Source: a virus (lineage: Duplodnaviria; Caudoviricetes). From it: 33,827 nt of DNA. The DNA lies in IMG/VR virus record IMGVR_UViG_3300020185_000150, positions 1-33,827 of that record; one strand, written 5' to 3'. A program made the translations under genes and the position numbers. Each line of letters begins with the position of its first letter. The stretch's first letter is position 1. The notes beneath the pieces are model-generated. The model was not told where the DNA came from, ran no database searches, and saw nothing but the letters and a program-made list of their open reading frames with translations. Of the stretch, positions 9,987 through 19,012 are shown piece by piece.

Positions 9987-11206
9987 TATTGCCCTCCAAT
10001 AAATTTTTCTTGCATATCAGGCGAAAGCCTTTTAAATGCGGCAATCTGATCTGGCGTCATTTGGCTCTGCAATTCTGGTGGCAACTGGACGCCGCCGCCA
10101 TAACTAGGAATAGGCGATTCGCGCTTCTTACTTGTTCGGCGCTGAATATACTCGTTGTATGTGATGCCACTAGATAACTCTCGCGCATCTTGCATCAACT
10201 GGTTGTACAGTTTTTCTTGCGCGTTAATTTTGTCTTGGATGTGTTCTTGCAGGGCGGTTCCGCTTAAAGATGTATCCAAACCAGTTGAAAGAGCAAGGCT
10301 AAGTTCTTTTTCGCTCAATGCGCCAAATGTTGCGCTGTTAATAATATCAATACCAAGACCATTTGCAATTGCCCTTAGTTCTGCTGTTGCTGAGTTAAAC
10401 GACGGCAACAAAGATCTAATTACACCAGTCTGAGCGCCGCCCTCTCTAACTAAGTCACGGGCGCGTGTTAGCTTTCCAATCTGCTCACCAAGTCCGCTTG
10501 CGCGACCAAATACTGCCGCACCCTTTTCAGATGCCATTTTTATGCCAGCCAAGTTTAGCTGTCCCGACGCCTCCCTGCTTGCAATGGCGCTTGGAGTCTC
10601 TCCAAATGCACCCTCAACATCAACTCGTTTAGTCGTGCCTGTGGATGGGTCAAATACAACCTGATAAATCTGACCGGTGCTTGTATCCGTCTGTACACCG
10701 CTTGCTGTTGGACTTGCCTTGCGTGCGTACTTGGCTTGGATGATCTGAGTCAAGACATCTTTTGCAATAGCAGGCTGTGCGGCCACCATTTCAGCCGCCT
10801 CGTTCTCGCCCATGTTGCGTAGCTGGGTAATCACGGCTTGAGCCGTTTTGTTGCCCTTTGCCAACTCACCAGCAGTCTTGATGCGATCACCAAGGACTGC
10901 CGCTAAACCCTGATCTGGATTTAAGCGCATTGAGTTAAACCCTAGCGCCAGAGAATTCCAAAGATTTGCGTTGTCATACCAAGGCGCATCCCCAGTCGGG
11001 GACTGAATGTTGCCAGACCTCATCTCGGGAAACTGAGTTTGTTGTGATTGAGCCGCTGGCGGCACAGTCAGAGGTCGCAGTTCAGGCGGCTGAGCCTGCA
11101 CGGTCGCCACCGGGTTTTGCCCCATCATTGGAAGTTGAGTTAGTTCCTCAGTAATTTTCGGTCTAAGGCTTTGCTGTAAAACATCAAGTAACGTTGGTTT
11201 TGCCAT
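9986..11206 (-). CDS. Putative DNA ejection / internal virion protein
   Basis: 406 aa, P/Q-rich N-terminus, FGALSEKEL motif; TAATG coupling to the next gene. Confidence 0.65.
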   Translation of the reverse strand: MAKPTLLDVLQQSLRPKITEELTQLPMMGQNPVATVQAQPPELRPLTVPPAAQSQQTQFPEMRSGNIQSPTGDAPWYDNANLWNSLALGFNSMRLNPDQGLAAVLGDRIKTAGELAKGNKTAQAVITQLRNMGENEAAEMVAAQPAIAKDVLTQIIQAKYARKASPTASGVQTDTSTGQIYQVVFDPSTGTTKRVDVEGAFGETPSAIASREASGQLNLAGIKMASEKGAAVFGRASGLGEQIGKLTRARDLVREGGAQTGVIRSLLPSFNSATAELRAIANGLGIDIINSATFGALSEKELSLALSTGLDTSLSGTALQEHIQDKINAQEKLYNQLMQDARELSSGITYNEYIQRRTSKKRESPIPSYGGGVQLPPELQSQMTPDQIAAFKRLSPDMQEKFIGGQ

Positions 11207-11215
11207 TATTTAACC

Positions 11216-12652
11216 TCACGCAAAAGCGTTAAAAACCATGTCGTAGCGAACTTGCTTGTAGCCGTCAGGCGCAGTAGACACAGCCTCTGGCATAACCACT
11301 TCAACCTCTTGAGCCAGCACACCGACCTCTGGCGTAGTAACACCAAGAGCCTTTGCCTTATCGTTCCACTTCCAGCGGTACAAGCCAATCTTGTCGCTTA
11401 ATTGGCCAATCTTTGTAATTGCGTCTTTTAAATTAATGTCTGACTTTACAGCACCATATGTGTTTGCACCAAGAGTCAAATAGTCAAACAGACCGGGGTT
11501 TTTGGTGTTTGTCTGAGTCATTGGCGTTGGGGTTACGCCAAGGGCTTGAGACATATAGCCGAGAGACTGTCCCGGTGCATTCTGCATACCCGCGTACTGT
11601 GCTTGAGCGCGATCCAAAACCATCTGGTTGATGCCCTGCTCTAACGCACCCTGTTGCATAGCCTGATTCTGAAGATCCATGCCCATGCCAAAGCCAAGGT
11701 TTGATGCGCTACCAAGTTGTCCAGCCGCCGCTAGACGTTGCTGTGAGCCAGCAAGGTTTGCGCTTTGGTTTGCTAGTGACGCTTGCAATTGGTTCCCAAT
11801 ATTAAATTGAGACATATTGTTACGCGAGGCTTGGTTCGCCAAGTTAACTTGTTGCGCAAGCTGTGCGTTTGTCATCCCAGCCTGCAAGCCCGTGCTTTGG
11901 TTTGCAAGGTCTGCCTGCATACGTGACGCAATGTCTTGGCCAGCAAGTTGCTGTGCATTCTGGAAGCCAGCCTGACGCAAACCTGAAGCTGTACGTGCGG
12001 ATTGGTCTAGGTAGTTTCGACCAAGTTCTGATTGCATCAAAGCCTGACGTGATCCACCAAAAGCGCCTGCACGGGTAGCTTGTGCATTCAACTGCATCGC
12101 CTGCATTTGACGCGCACGGTCTAGGTCTGACAGTGACTGGTCAACGACTTGTGACTCGTATGGGTTTGTATACGCCGACAGGTCTGTGTCAGCAATCTGC
12201 CCAGCGGCAACTCGTTCAGCATTGATCTTGTCAACGTAGTTGGCAATGTCTGCCGTACCAGTGCCAGCGCTAACCATCATTGGCTGGAATGATGTCTCAC
12301 CAGCGGCTGTGTTTACAGCCCTGTTTATGCCACCAGCCGCCGTGTTAAATATATTTGGTTGCTGGGGAGATTGTGGCTGTGTTGAAAATTGCGTTTGCGC
12401 CGACTGTGGCGCATTTAATTGTGGAGATTGTGGCTGTGTTGAAAATTGCTGAAGCAGTTGCATCGGCGTCGCAGATGGCGCATTCCTATTTCTATTTATA
12501 AAATCATCCCCCGGAGCCGGAGTGTAAGAGCCTCCGGGGAAAGTGTTAACACTCAGTTGACGTTTTTGCTCGTCTGTAAGTTGTGGTGGTTGCACCCCAG
12601 ATGGTTGACCACCGCCTGCCGCTATTCCACCAGTGTTTCCTGCGCCTGCCAT
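11216..12652 (-). CDS. Putative DNA pilot/ejection protein with C-terminal peptidase S74-like (intramolecular chaperone) domain
   Basis: YTNPYESQVV and AGAFGGSRQ motifs, Q/A/N-rich body; C-terminal SDINLK...YRWKW...GVLAQEVE...PEAV...GYKQVRY. Confidence 0.75.
   Translation of the reverse strand: MAGAGNTGGIAAGGGQPSGVQPPQLTDEQKRQLSVNTFPGGSYTPAPGDDFINRNRNAPSATPMQLLQQFSTQPQSPQLNAPQSAQTQFSTQPQSPQQPNIFNTAAGGINRAVNTAAGETSFQPMMVSAGTGTADIANYVDKINAERVAAGQIADTDLSAYTNPYESQVVDQSLSDLDRARQMQAMQLNAQATRAGAFGGSRQALMQSELGRNYLDQSARTASGLRQAGFQNAQQLAGQDIASRMQADLANQSTGLQAGMTNAQLAQQVNLANQASRNNMSQFNIGNQLQASLANQSANLAGSQQRLAAAGQLGSASNLGFGMGMDLQNQAMQQGALEQGINQMVLDRAQAQYAGMQNAPGQSLGYMSQALGVTPTPMTQTNTKNPGLFDYLTLGANTYGAVKSDINLKDAITKIGQLSDKIGLYRWKWNDKAKALGVTTPEVGVLAQEVEVVMPEAVSTAPDGYKQVRYDMVFNAFA
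12366..12449. repeat. 27-nt perfect direct repeat, in frame (57-nt period)
   Basis: GGAGATTGTGGCTGTGTTGAAAATTGC at 12366-12392 and 12423-12449; encodes the duplicated QFSTQPQSPQ. Confidence 0.9.
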
Positions 12653-12665
12653 AATTTATTCCTTT

Positions 12666-13682
12666 TTACCAGCCACCGTGAGAAAAGCCGCCAGCGGCAT
12701 TGCCGCCACCAGCGCCTACCGGCCCGCCACCAACACCGACTCCAGTGCCGCCGTCGTTAAATCCGCGACCGTCGTTTGTGGTGTGTGTGCTTAGATTAAC
12801 AACAGGAGCGCGTGCATCCCCCGGAGTGCCGCCAATCATTGCGCTTAAAAGACCAGCCATAGATGTTATGCCAGAACCAGATTGCTGAGTGCCGCCCAAG
12901 CCATTATTACCACCATCACCATAGCCACCAGCGGCCATTACACGGTTGTAATAGGTCGGGTCATACATGGAAGAGGCTGGATTTAAGCGGGGATCTGTCT
13001 GTGTAGAACCCTGATTTGCGGCCGCTGTTGCGTCAGATGTTGACGCCATTGCTCGGTTATAGCGCTCCATTTGAGCGGGATTACGTCTGGCCAACTCAGC
13101 AACAGCTTGGTCATAAAGGTTGCCAGAACTATACCCAGTAACGCCACCCATTGTGGTTTCCCTTGGCAAATACCCCTCTGGTTGCATTTGTGCAAAGGCG
13201 CTTGAACTAATTAACTCACGGGGAGTTCCCAGATCTTGAGCCGTATATTGCTCGTTACGCGCTTTTGTAAACGTTTTTTCAAAATCATCAGGACTTAATG
13301 CGCCAGAATCTAAGTGACCAGTCCAGTAATCAATCTCACCTTGCCCAACTTGATTGCCCGTGCGGTCAGCACGTGCATACATATCTCTGACTAAAGATTG
13401 ATTTGTCGGGGGCTGACTTGGTTGGGTTTGTTGACCCATCATTGGCTGGCTCTGGGATTGTGCCCCAGCAGGAGCCATACCAAAGGCTGACATAGCGCCC
13501 ATTGTGTTCTGCATTGCAGACTTTTGCATCGGACTTAATGACGCGACCTCTGGGCCGTAATACGGCATATACCCGATTTCACCCGCTAAACGGGCTTTCT
13601 CAAGGTTTGCCTTTGCAGGGCCTTCAAGCCACTCTGGAATCTGTTGTGCCGCTGTTGTGCTTCCGCCTTTGCCACCACTCAT
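12666..13682 (-). CDS. Putative DNA transfer/ejection protein
   Basis: Start moved to ATG 13682 (MSGGKGGSTT...IPEW...YMPYYGPEVA), with a GGAG SD upstream; Gly-rich low-complexity C-terminus. Confidence 0.7.
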   Translation of the reverse strand: MSGGKGGSTTAAQQIPEWLEGPAKANLEKARLAGEIGYMPYYGPEVASLSPMQKSAMQNTMGAMSAFGMAPAGAQSQSQPMMGQQTQPSQPPTNQSLVRDMYARADRTGNQVGQGEIDYWTGHLDSGALSPDDFEKTFTKARNEQYTAQDLGTPRELISSSAFAQMQPEGYLPRETTMGGVTGYSSGNLYDQAVAELARRNPAQMERYNRAMASTSDATAAANQGSTQTDPRLNPASSMYDPTYYNRVMAAGGYGDGGNNGLGGTQQSGSGITSMAGLLSAMIGGTPGDARAPVVNLSTHTTNDGRGFNDGGTGVGVGGGPVGAGGGNAAGGFSHGGW

Positions 13683-13684
13683 AA

Positions 13685-14056
13685 TTAAATCTCCACGCTC
13701 ATAGTTGTGAACTTTTCTTGCCAACCCAAATCTTTTAGGGCTTTAACCCAACCCTTGCGCCCCGCGAGGGTCATTGCGGAGCATCCATTCAGCTTGGCAA
13801 AGTAAATGGCCGAGTCGCTGAATTCGCGGATTTGGTCTAAATCCCCACCAGCCAAAAAGATGTGAAAGACCTTTTTGCGTGGGTACTCCAAAATCTCGGT
13901 AACCATACAGCCTTTTGGTGCATTCCAGAACTGCATTGTGCCAAGTTTAACACATTCAACTACATCTTGGAATAGGTGCGTACCACCAGAAAGTGCTAAC
14001 GCCGATTCTAACCAAGGACGGCATCTTTCCAGTTCCGAGTCCAAGTTGTCTGTCAT
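13685..14056 (-). CDS. GNAT-like virion assembly protein (analogous to P22 gp14 / T7 gp13)
   Basis: HIFLAGG and FAKLNGCSAMTLAGRKGW motifs; sits between tail genes and ejection genes. Confidence 0.7.
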   Translation of the reverse strand: MTDNLDSELERCRPWLESALALSGGTHLFQDVVECVKLGTMQFWNAPKGCMVTEILEYPRKKVFHIFLAGGDLDQIREFSDSAIYFAKLNGCSAMTLAGRKGWVKALKDLGWQEKFTTMSVEI

Positions 14057-14706
14057 TGCCTAAGTCGTGTAATCGCCAATGTAACCGCTGGTGATGATGG
14101 CGCAAAAGCCGTCGCCGCTGGCGCATCAATCCACAACGTCAGGTCGTCCACCGCCCACATTGCTTGCAGGTATGACCCAGCAGTCATCGGGAAAGCCGCA
14201 GAACGACTCATAACGATATGGTGGCCATTGTCTGACAATGTAACCTTGATTGTAGAACCGGGCACGTCTACGCCGTCAATTCGAGGCCAAAACCAGCCGC
14301 TTTTAGCGCTTGAAGAACTGGACAGCAGTTCAACTGCGAAAGCCAGCAAGTAAACACCATCTTCCTCAAACACGATCTTAGTGTTATCAGTAGGGTCTAG
14401 CGCAATGCCAGAATTAAAAGACGGGGCGTCCCAGCCAATGGCTTGAGCCGTGTTGATAGCCGTGGCCACTTGCACTGTTGTGCGGCTCAATGAGGCGTAA
14501 CCATCAGCAAGGATGATTTGACGGAACTCGCCGCCTTTAGACACTATAGGGTAGCCAGCGCGATCCCACAACAAAATACCGTCATCAGCCGCAACGTCAG
14601 ACGGCAGTCGTGTGGACAGTAATGTGCGGATGCGCGACAGGTACGTGTTTAAACGCTCACCCCAAGGCTTCCAGTCAGCACCAAACGGTGGCGGAGGCAT
14701 CCTCAT
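14053..14706 (-). CDS. Tail-associated protein with beta-sandwich (C1q/TNF-like) C-terminus
   Basis: KIVFEEDGVYLLAFAVEL and AGSYLQAMW patterns; ATGA overlaps at both ends. Confidence 0.55.
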   Translation of the reverse strand: MRMPPPPFGADWKPWGERLNTYLSRIRTLLSTRLPSDVAADDGILLWDRAGYPIVSKGGEFRQIILADGYASLSRTTVQVATAINTAQAIGWDAPSFNSGIALDPTDNTKIVFEEDGVYLLAFAVELLSSSSSAKSGWFWPRIDGVDVPGSTIKVTLSDNGHHIVMSRSAAFPMTAGSYLQAMWAVDDLTLWIDAPAATAFAPSSPAVTLAITRLRQ

Positions 14707-16175
14707 CGCTTACCGCCCTGCGAGACATCAAGACGCATAATCCCAGCGCGCCAATCTTTAAGCGCCTCGCCCTCAATCCTGACGCGAACCTGACGACCAG
14801 TAACCCGCACACTTGTCGGTGATGATAGCGGATAAGGGCCGTACTCACGCTCGGTGCTGTTTGGGTAGAAACGGCTTTTGAGTTTAATTTTTGCCTCGCC
14901 CTGAGTCGCCTCATCTGGAATGATTTGTGTGACGTGCATCACATTGTCGCCAGCCCCAATGTTAATTGGCCCACTCTCCACAAAAGCAACGCTATCACCA
15001 AAGTTGTGACCTTGCTCATGGTTGTATGCGTTCCCGTCGGCGTCAAACCAAACAGGCGTTGTCAAAGCCCCAGAGTCAAAACCAGCCGTCCTACTTATTG
15101 AGCCAACAGCCCAGATGTTTTGAGTGTAGTCATACATGACATAGCTGTCGTTTTCCAAACTACCAGAACTGGGGTAGAACCACCAAACCTCGTTGTACTG
15201 TCCATTGTGGACGGCGTAAGTCTTACTGATTTGACTAATGTTTATGTTTTTGAACACATAGTCCGAAACTTCGCAAACTAAGGTCTGGACAGATGAGCCG
15301 TTAAACACAAAGAAGTTCTCTTTGCTCATCCAAAACGCACCCTCACCCACCGACACTAATGACTTGCGAGAAACAGCGCCACAGGACGTTCCAACGCGCT
15401 CAAAGCCGTACACAGTAGGTGGGCCTGCATAAGTTGCAATATGCGCGTCAGCGGTCGTTAAAATCAGTGTACGACCACGCATACGAACACCACAAACAAT
15501 TTGACCACTTGTTTGCAGTTCAATGTCTCCAGCCTCGTTGGTGGCCGAGGGAGTCCAGTCTGTGTTGTCTTCACGATTGCACCACTGAACTTTCCGAGGG
15601 TTGCCACCAGCCCCGAAAGCAAAGATAAATCGCTCATCAGTAACCAGCATTGCGTCACAGTTAATTGGCGCGTTGGCAAGCACCTCGGCAACACCACTGA
15701 AATCCCACTCGTACAACTTACCGTCGTCAGGTGAACAGGCAACTAAGTATTCACCCCAGTTGTCCAAAGACCACGTTGTGGCCTCCTGAAACACCCCGCT
15801 ATCTGGGCGCTCTACGCCATAAAATCCAGTGCCAAAATAATTACCGCCATAGCCAAGGTTCACAGCGGCGTCAATGCGTCCACCAGTCAACCCCACGGGA
15901 GTAATGTCTGTAACAGTACCACCAGCCGTTACACTGTACAAGGCGTTATAAGATCCGATTGCGTAGCGTGGATTGTATAAATTATCAACCCATGCGTGAG
16001 CGCCACGGGGTGGGGAAGCAGAGATCTCTTCTGCTCGCAAAGTCCAGCCACCAACCGGGCGCAAAGACTTATCCTGCCAGCGAATCAGGTTTGATTTATT
16101 CCAACGCCCTGTCGCCTCGTAGTCAGTGCCGTGGTTGTAGACGCCTTGCGGTAATTCAAGTTTTACAAATGCCAT
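14703..16175 (-). CDS. Tail hub / packaged-DNA stabilisation protein (P22 gp10-like)
   Basis: 490 aa, beta-rich; WSLDNWGEYL and YNEVWWFYPS motifs. Confidence 0.8.
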   Translation of the reverse strand: MAFVKLELPQGVYNHGTDYEATGRWNKSNLIRWQDKSLRPVGGWTLRAEEISASPPRGAHAWVDNLYNPRYAIGSYNALYSVTAGGTVTDITPVGLTGGRIDAAVNLGYGGNYFGTGFYGVERPDSGVFQEATTWSLDNWGEYLVACSPDDGKLYEWDFSGVAEVLANAPINCDAMLVTDERFIFAFGAGGNPRKVQWCNREDNTDWTPSATNEAGDIELQTSGQIVCGVRMRGRTLILTTADAHIATYAGPPTVYGFERVGTSCGAVSRKSLVSVGEGAFWMSKENFFVFNGSSVQTLVCEVSDYVFKNINISQISKTYAVHNGQYNEVWWFYPSSGSLENDSYVMYDYTQNIWAVGSISRTAGFDSGALTTPVWFDADGNAYNHEQGHNFGDSVAFVESGPINIGAGDNVMHVTQIIPDEATQGEAKIKLKSRFYPNSTEREYGPYPLSSPTSVRVTGRQVRVRIEGEALKDWRAGIMRLDVSQGGKR

Positions 16176-16183
16176 TTTTTACC

Positions 16184-17008
16184 TTATGCCGCTATTTTTG
16201 TCCAAACATCACTAGCAGGCGATATTGGCGTCCAAGTCTCAGAGGTGACAAGTATTGGAACCCACTTCTCCCTACCAATTGCGCTGACAGATGACGTTAA
16301 CGACGTTGCGCCGCTTGTTAGCCTGATCCTAAGGATCTGAGGGCTTACAACAGACTGAGCCTGTATTGTTGCATTGCCAACCACCGAGAAAACCGCGTTA
16401 GCCGTGATTGATGCAACAGCGCTTGGGCTTGCGCTAACCTGCCTAATACGAATGGCGTCATCGCCAGCAGTAACAGTTGCTGTGGCCGCCATTGCGGAAC
16501 TAGCACCTCGGATAACAAAGCCGCTGGCGGTCGAGTTAACAGACGTTGCCGCAACGATTGTCTGGAAGTTGGCGTAGTCGTATACCCCAGCGCCATATAC
16601 AGACGTGCCGTAAGCAAACGCGCCAATCTCTTCCAGTACAAACTTTTCGCCAACAGATGTCGTTACGGTTGTGCCGCTTGAAACAGCACCAGAAGTAAAG
16701 ACGCCAACAGCGGCGGCCGATACCGTAGAAACGCCGTCTACTTGGCTATCAGTTTGCCGTATACGGACAACGCCGGATGTGCCCGCAGATTGCGGTGATA
16801 TTTGTGCCGCAATATTTGCGGTCAACCCGCCTAAAGCCGTTACGCTGGCGCTTGCACTAATCGCCGCCGAACCAACAAGAACCCTTACTGGGGCGACAGA
16901 GACAACAGCAGACGCGCTGACAACAGCAGGTAACACATCAACGCCGAATGAATCAGCGCCGTATGTGTTCGTGCCGTAACTGTATCCGCTTAGGTCAACT
17001 GTTGCCAC
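16184..17008 (-). CDS. Ala/Ser/Val-rich virion structural protein
   Basis: Two YGxxxYG motifs and C-terminal W-x6-7-W repeats; GTG start within the tail operon. Confidence 0.65.
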   Translation of the reverse strand: MATVDLSGYSYGTNTYGADSFGVDVLPAVVSASAVVSVAPVRVLVGSAAISASASVTALGGLTANIAAQISPQSAGTSGVVRIRQTDSQVDGVSTVSAAAVGVFTSGAVSSGTTVTTSVGEKFVLEEIGAFAYGTSVYGAGVYDYANFQTIVAATSVNSTASGFVIRGASSAMAATATVTAGDDAIRIRQVSASPSAVASITANAVFSVVGNATIQAQSVVSPQILRIRLTSGATSLTSSVSAIGREKWVPILVTSETWTPISPASDVWTKIAA

Positions 17009-17017
17009 GACTCTTTA

Positions 17018-17398
17018 TCAGTCGAGCGTAATGTCCAGATCACCAGTTGGGACGCGGAACACGTCGCCAATCTCAATTGACTTGGAACTTGTCAGCGCGG
17101 CATATGCCAGCAGGTTACCAGACGTACTTGCGTCATAAACGCCAACGTGAGAAACCGTGCCGTAGTTCGCAGTAGCAGTTGCGTACTCAACAGCCGCAGT
17201 GTTGCTGGCCGTGTTGCCAGTCACCGTAAAAGCAACAGACTGGCGCACATAGCCGCCACCAGTTACTTCTGTGCCGCTACCGTCTTCAGCAGGGTTTGTT
17301 GTAAACAACGCCAAATACAGTGTGCCAGCCGCTGTGTATGGCGTAGCGCCGAAAACGTGACCTAAGACTTTTGTCTCAAGATAATTACTAAAACTCAT
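17018..17398 (-). CDS. Small tail structural protein
   Basis: MSFSNYLE, LYLALFT, EVTGGGYVRQ and DASTSGNLL motifs of a common phage virion family. Confidence 0.75.
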   Translation of the reverse strand: MSFSNYLETKVLGHVFGATPYTAAGTLYLALFTTNPAEDGSGTEVTGGGYVRQSVAFTVTGNTASNTAAVEYATATANYGTVSHVGVYDASTSGNLLAYAALTSSKSIEIGDVFRVPTGDLDITLD

Positions 17399-18021
17399 CC
17401 TAAACCCCTTACTTTTGGTACTAAAGAAACGCCGCTGTATTTAGCGTATTGTGATGCCTCATTCAATCGGACAACTGAAGATGAATACAACTGCGCCCAC
17501 ACTGCGAGCCTTGCATCATCTTGTAGGTAGGGCGCTGAATGAACCAGTGATCCATACAAGTAAACGTCAGGAGCCGCAGTTAGTAACCAGTTTGTAGCAT
17601 TTGAGGCTAAAGCTGGCACTTCAGCGTAGTATAACAGTTCAACATCAGTGTCTGCAATGGGCGTTGGGTATAAATGAAATTGCCCAGCCTCCAAGGTATA
17701 CAGCGCAGGCGTTCCATACTGATCGTTGTTGACAGCACGTAAGTCGGCCATTGTGGTCGAGTTAGTCATCTTGATTGGGGATGTGCCATTGCCCACAACA
17801 TTGAAACGCAACGTCTCTACCCAATCAGCAGGGACTTGCATATACGCATCGCCAGCAGACTGCTGACCATTGGATCGTGACTCCATTCTCCAGTGCCGGA
17901 TGTCTCGGTTAACCGTAGATTCGCACAACGACACAAACGTCGGAATGATCGACGTAAGGTCGTCTCGGTTAAGCGTATCTGCAATAGTTGTTTGCAGGTT
18001 CGTGTAGTTTGTTATCGCCAT
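17395..18021 (-). CDS. Head-to-tail adaptor protein (functional analogue of P22 gp4)
   Basis: MAITNYTNLQ, LNRDDLT and TNWLL...PDVYLYGSL...APYL motifs. Confidence 0.75.
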   Translation of the reverse strand: MAITNYTNLQTTIADTLNRDDLTSIIPTFVSLCESTVNRDIRHWRMESRSNGQQSAGDAYMQVPADWVETLRFNVVGNGTSPIKMTNSTTMADLRAVNNDQYGTPALYTLEAGQFHLYPTPIADTDVELLYYAEVPALASNATNWLLTAAPDVYLYGSLVHSAPYLQDDARLAVWAQLYSSSVVRLNEASQYAKYSGVSLVPKVRGLG

Positions 18022-18025
18022 GTTT

Positions 18026-18085
18026 TCACCACTTTACTTTGTTTTCTGCTAATACCCGCGCGGCAGACGATTCTTTGGTTGCCAT
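18026..18085 (-). pseudogene. 19-codon ORF MATKESSAARVLAENKVKW, possible internally deleted remnant of a basic phage protein
   Basis: TGATG coupling to the upstream gene and stop 4 nt before the adaptor ATG. The ends resemble, from memory, phage proteins MATKD...SAAYWANKVKW. Confidence 0.4.
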
Positions 18086-18531
18086 CACTTGCCCATCATT
18101 CTTAAAAGCCCATCGGCAGGCTTTTTGCCCAACTTTGAAAACGGGCTTTCGTACCAAGGCTCGTCGTCGTAAATAGTTTTATAAAAGTTGTTTTCGTCTC
18201 CAACAAGACCAGTACCCTCGTATGAAATAATTGGCGCCGCCCTTGTTGGGTCTTTTCGCTTCAGCGCATCTTCCATCGCGTAGGTGTAATTGATGACGGG
18301 CACGTCGTTATAAAACGCCTTTGCAGACGCATAGGGTTCACCAGTCATAGCCCCGTAAACATCTTCTGCTGTGCCGATTGCATCCAGAAGACCCTTGCCC
18401 TGTCTGTACTTCGTGTACAAAGGGCCAAGACCAGTCGCCCATGCGCCAGCCATCTTAGCCAACTCATAGGCGTTATCTGAGTTAAATATTGGGTGGCGCT
18501 GTGGGCGCTCTTCTGGCAGGCTCTCAGGCAT
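18085..18531 (-). CDS. Hypothetical protein (148 aa), candidate virion cargo
   Basis: TAATG coupling upstream; contains GLLDAIG and terminal DGLLRMMGK. Confidence 0.65.
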   Translation of the reverse strand: MPESLPEERPQRHPIFNSDNAYELAKMAGAWATGLGPLYTKYRQGKGLLDAIGTAEDVYGAMTGEPYASAKAFYNDVPVINYTYAMEDALKRKDPTRAAPIISYEGTGLVGDENNFYKTIYDDEPWYESPFSKLGKKPADGLLRMMGK

Positions 18532-18638
18532 TACTTGCTCTTAGCTAGGCATCTACCTGCCTTTTTGCACAGCGCAGGAGCAGGACACTTTGCACAAGGC
18601 TTGAATGCCTTAACGGGGATCATCTTCTTGGTAGCCAT
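18531..18638 (-). CDS. 35-aa Lys-rich, four-Cys peptide ([35 protein letters not shown])
   Basis: Hand translation; TAATG overlaps at both ends; CxxC-x5-C-x5-C. Below the ORF track cutoff. Confidence 0.7.
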   Translation of the reverse strand: MATKKMIPVKAFKPCAKCPAPALCKKAGRCLAKSK

Positions 18639-18793
18639 TACTTCTTCCCTTTCTTCTTCACGGTTTTTGCCGCTTGCTTAAATGCCTTAGCAGATGGAGC
18701 GCCCTTGGCTCCAGCCTTTTTCATCTTCTCGCCAGAGCCGTCCTCAATGCGCTTGCGCTTGGCGTGGATGTTGGAATAGAGACCGGACTTCAT
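18638..18793 (-). CDS. 51-aa Lys-rich basic protein ([51 protein letters not shown])
   Basis: Hand translation; ATGA and TAATG coupling; GLY[10 protein letters not shown] resembles small aquatic phage proteins. Confidence 0.75.
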   Translation of the reverse strand: MKSGLYSNIHAKRKRIEDGSGEKMKKAGAKGAPSAKAFKQAAKTVKKKGKK

Positions 18794-18951
18794 TTCTTGT
18801 TTGCCTTTGCGCGCATATTACGCTGTGGCATGGCTCGACCCGCTTTGCTCATGGCAATAGCAACCGCCTGCTTTTGAGGCTTGCCAGACTTCATCTCAGT
18901 CTTGATGTTCTTGGAAATGGTCTTGGCGCTTGAGCCTTTTTTGAGCGGCAT
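18790..18951 (-). CDS. 53-aa Lys-rich basic protein ([38 protein letters not shown]...)
   Basis: Hand translation; first ORF after a sigma70-like promoter; KQAVAIA motif. Confidence 0.75.
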   Translation of the reverse strand: MPLKKGSSAKTISKNIKTEMKSGKPQKQAVAIAMSKAGRAMPQRNMRAKANKK

Positions 18952-18983
18952 GGCTGAACCCCATTAAAAAATAGTCAATTTTG

Positions 18984-19012
18984 ATTATACAGACAGCTTA
19001 ATATCTAGGCAA
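18984..19012 (-). promoter_or_regulatory. Sigma70-like promoter for the structural operon
   Basis: Minus strand TTGCCT (19012-19007), 17-nt spacer, TATAAT (18989-18984), at the end of terL. Confidence 0.65.
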
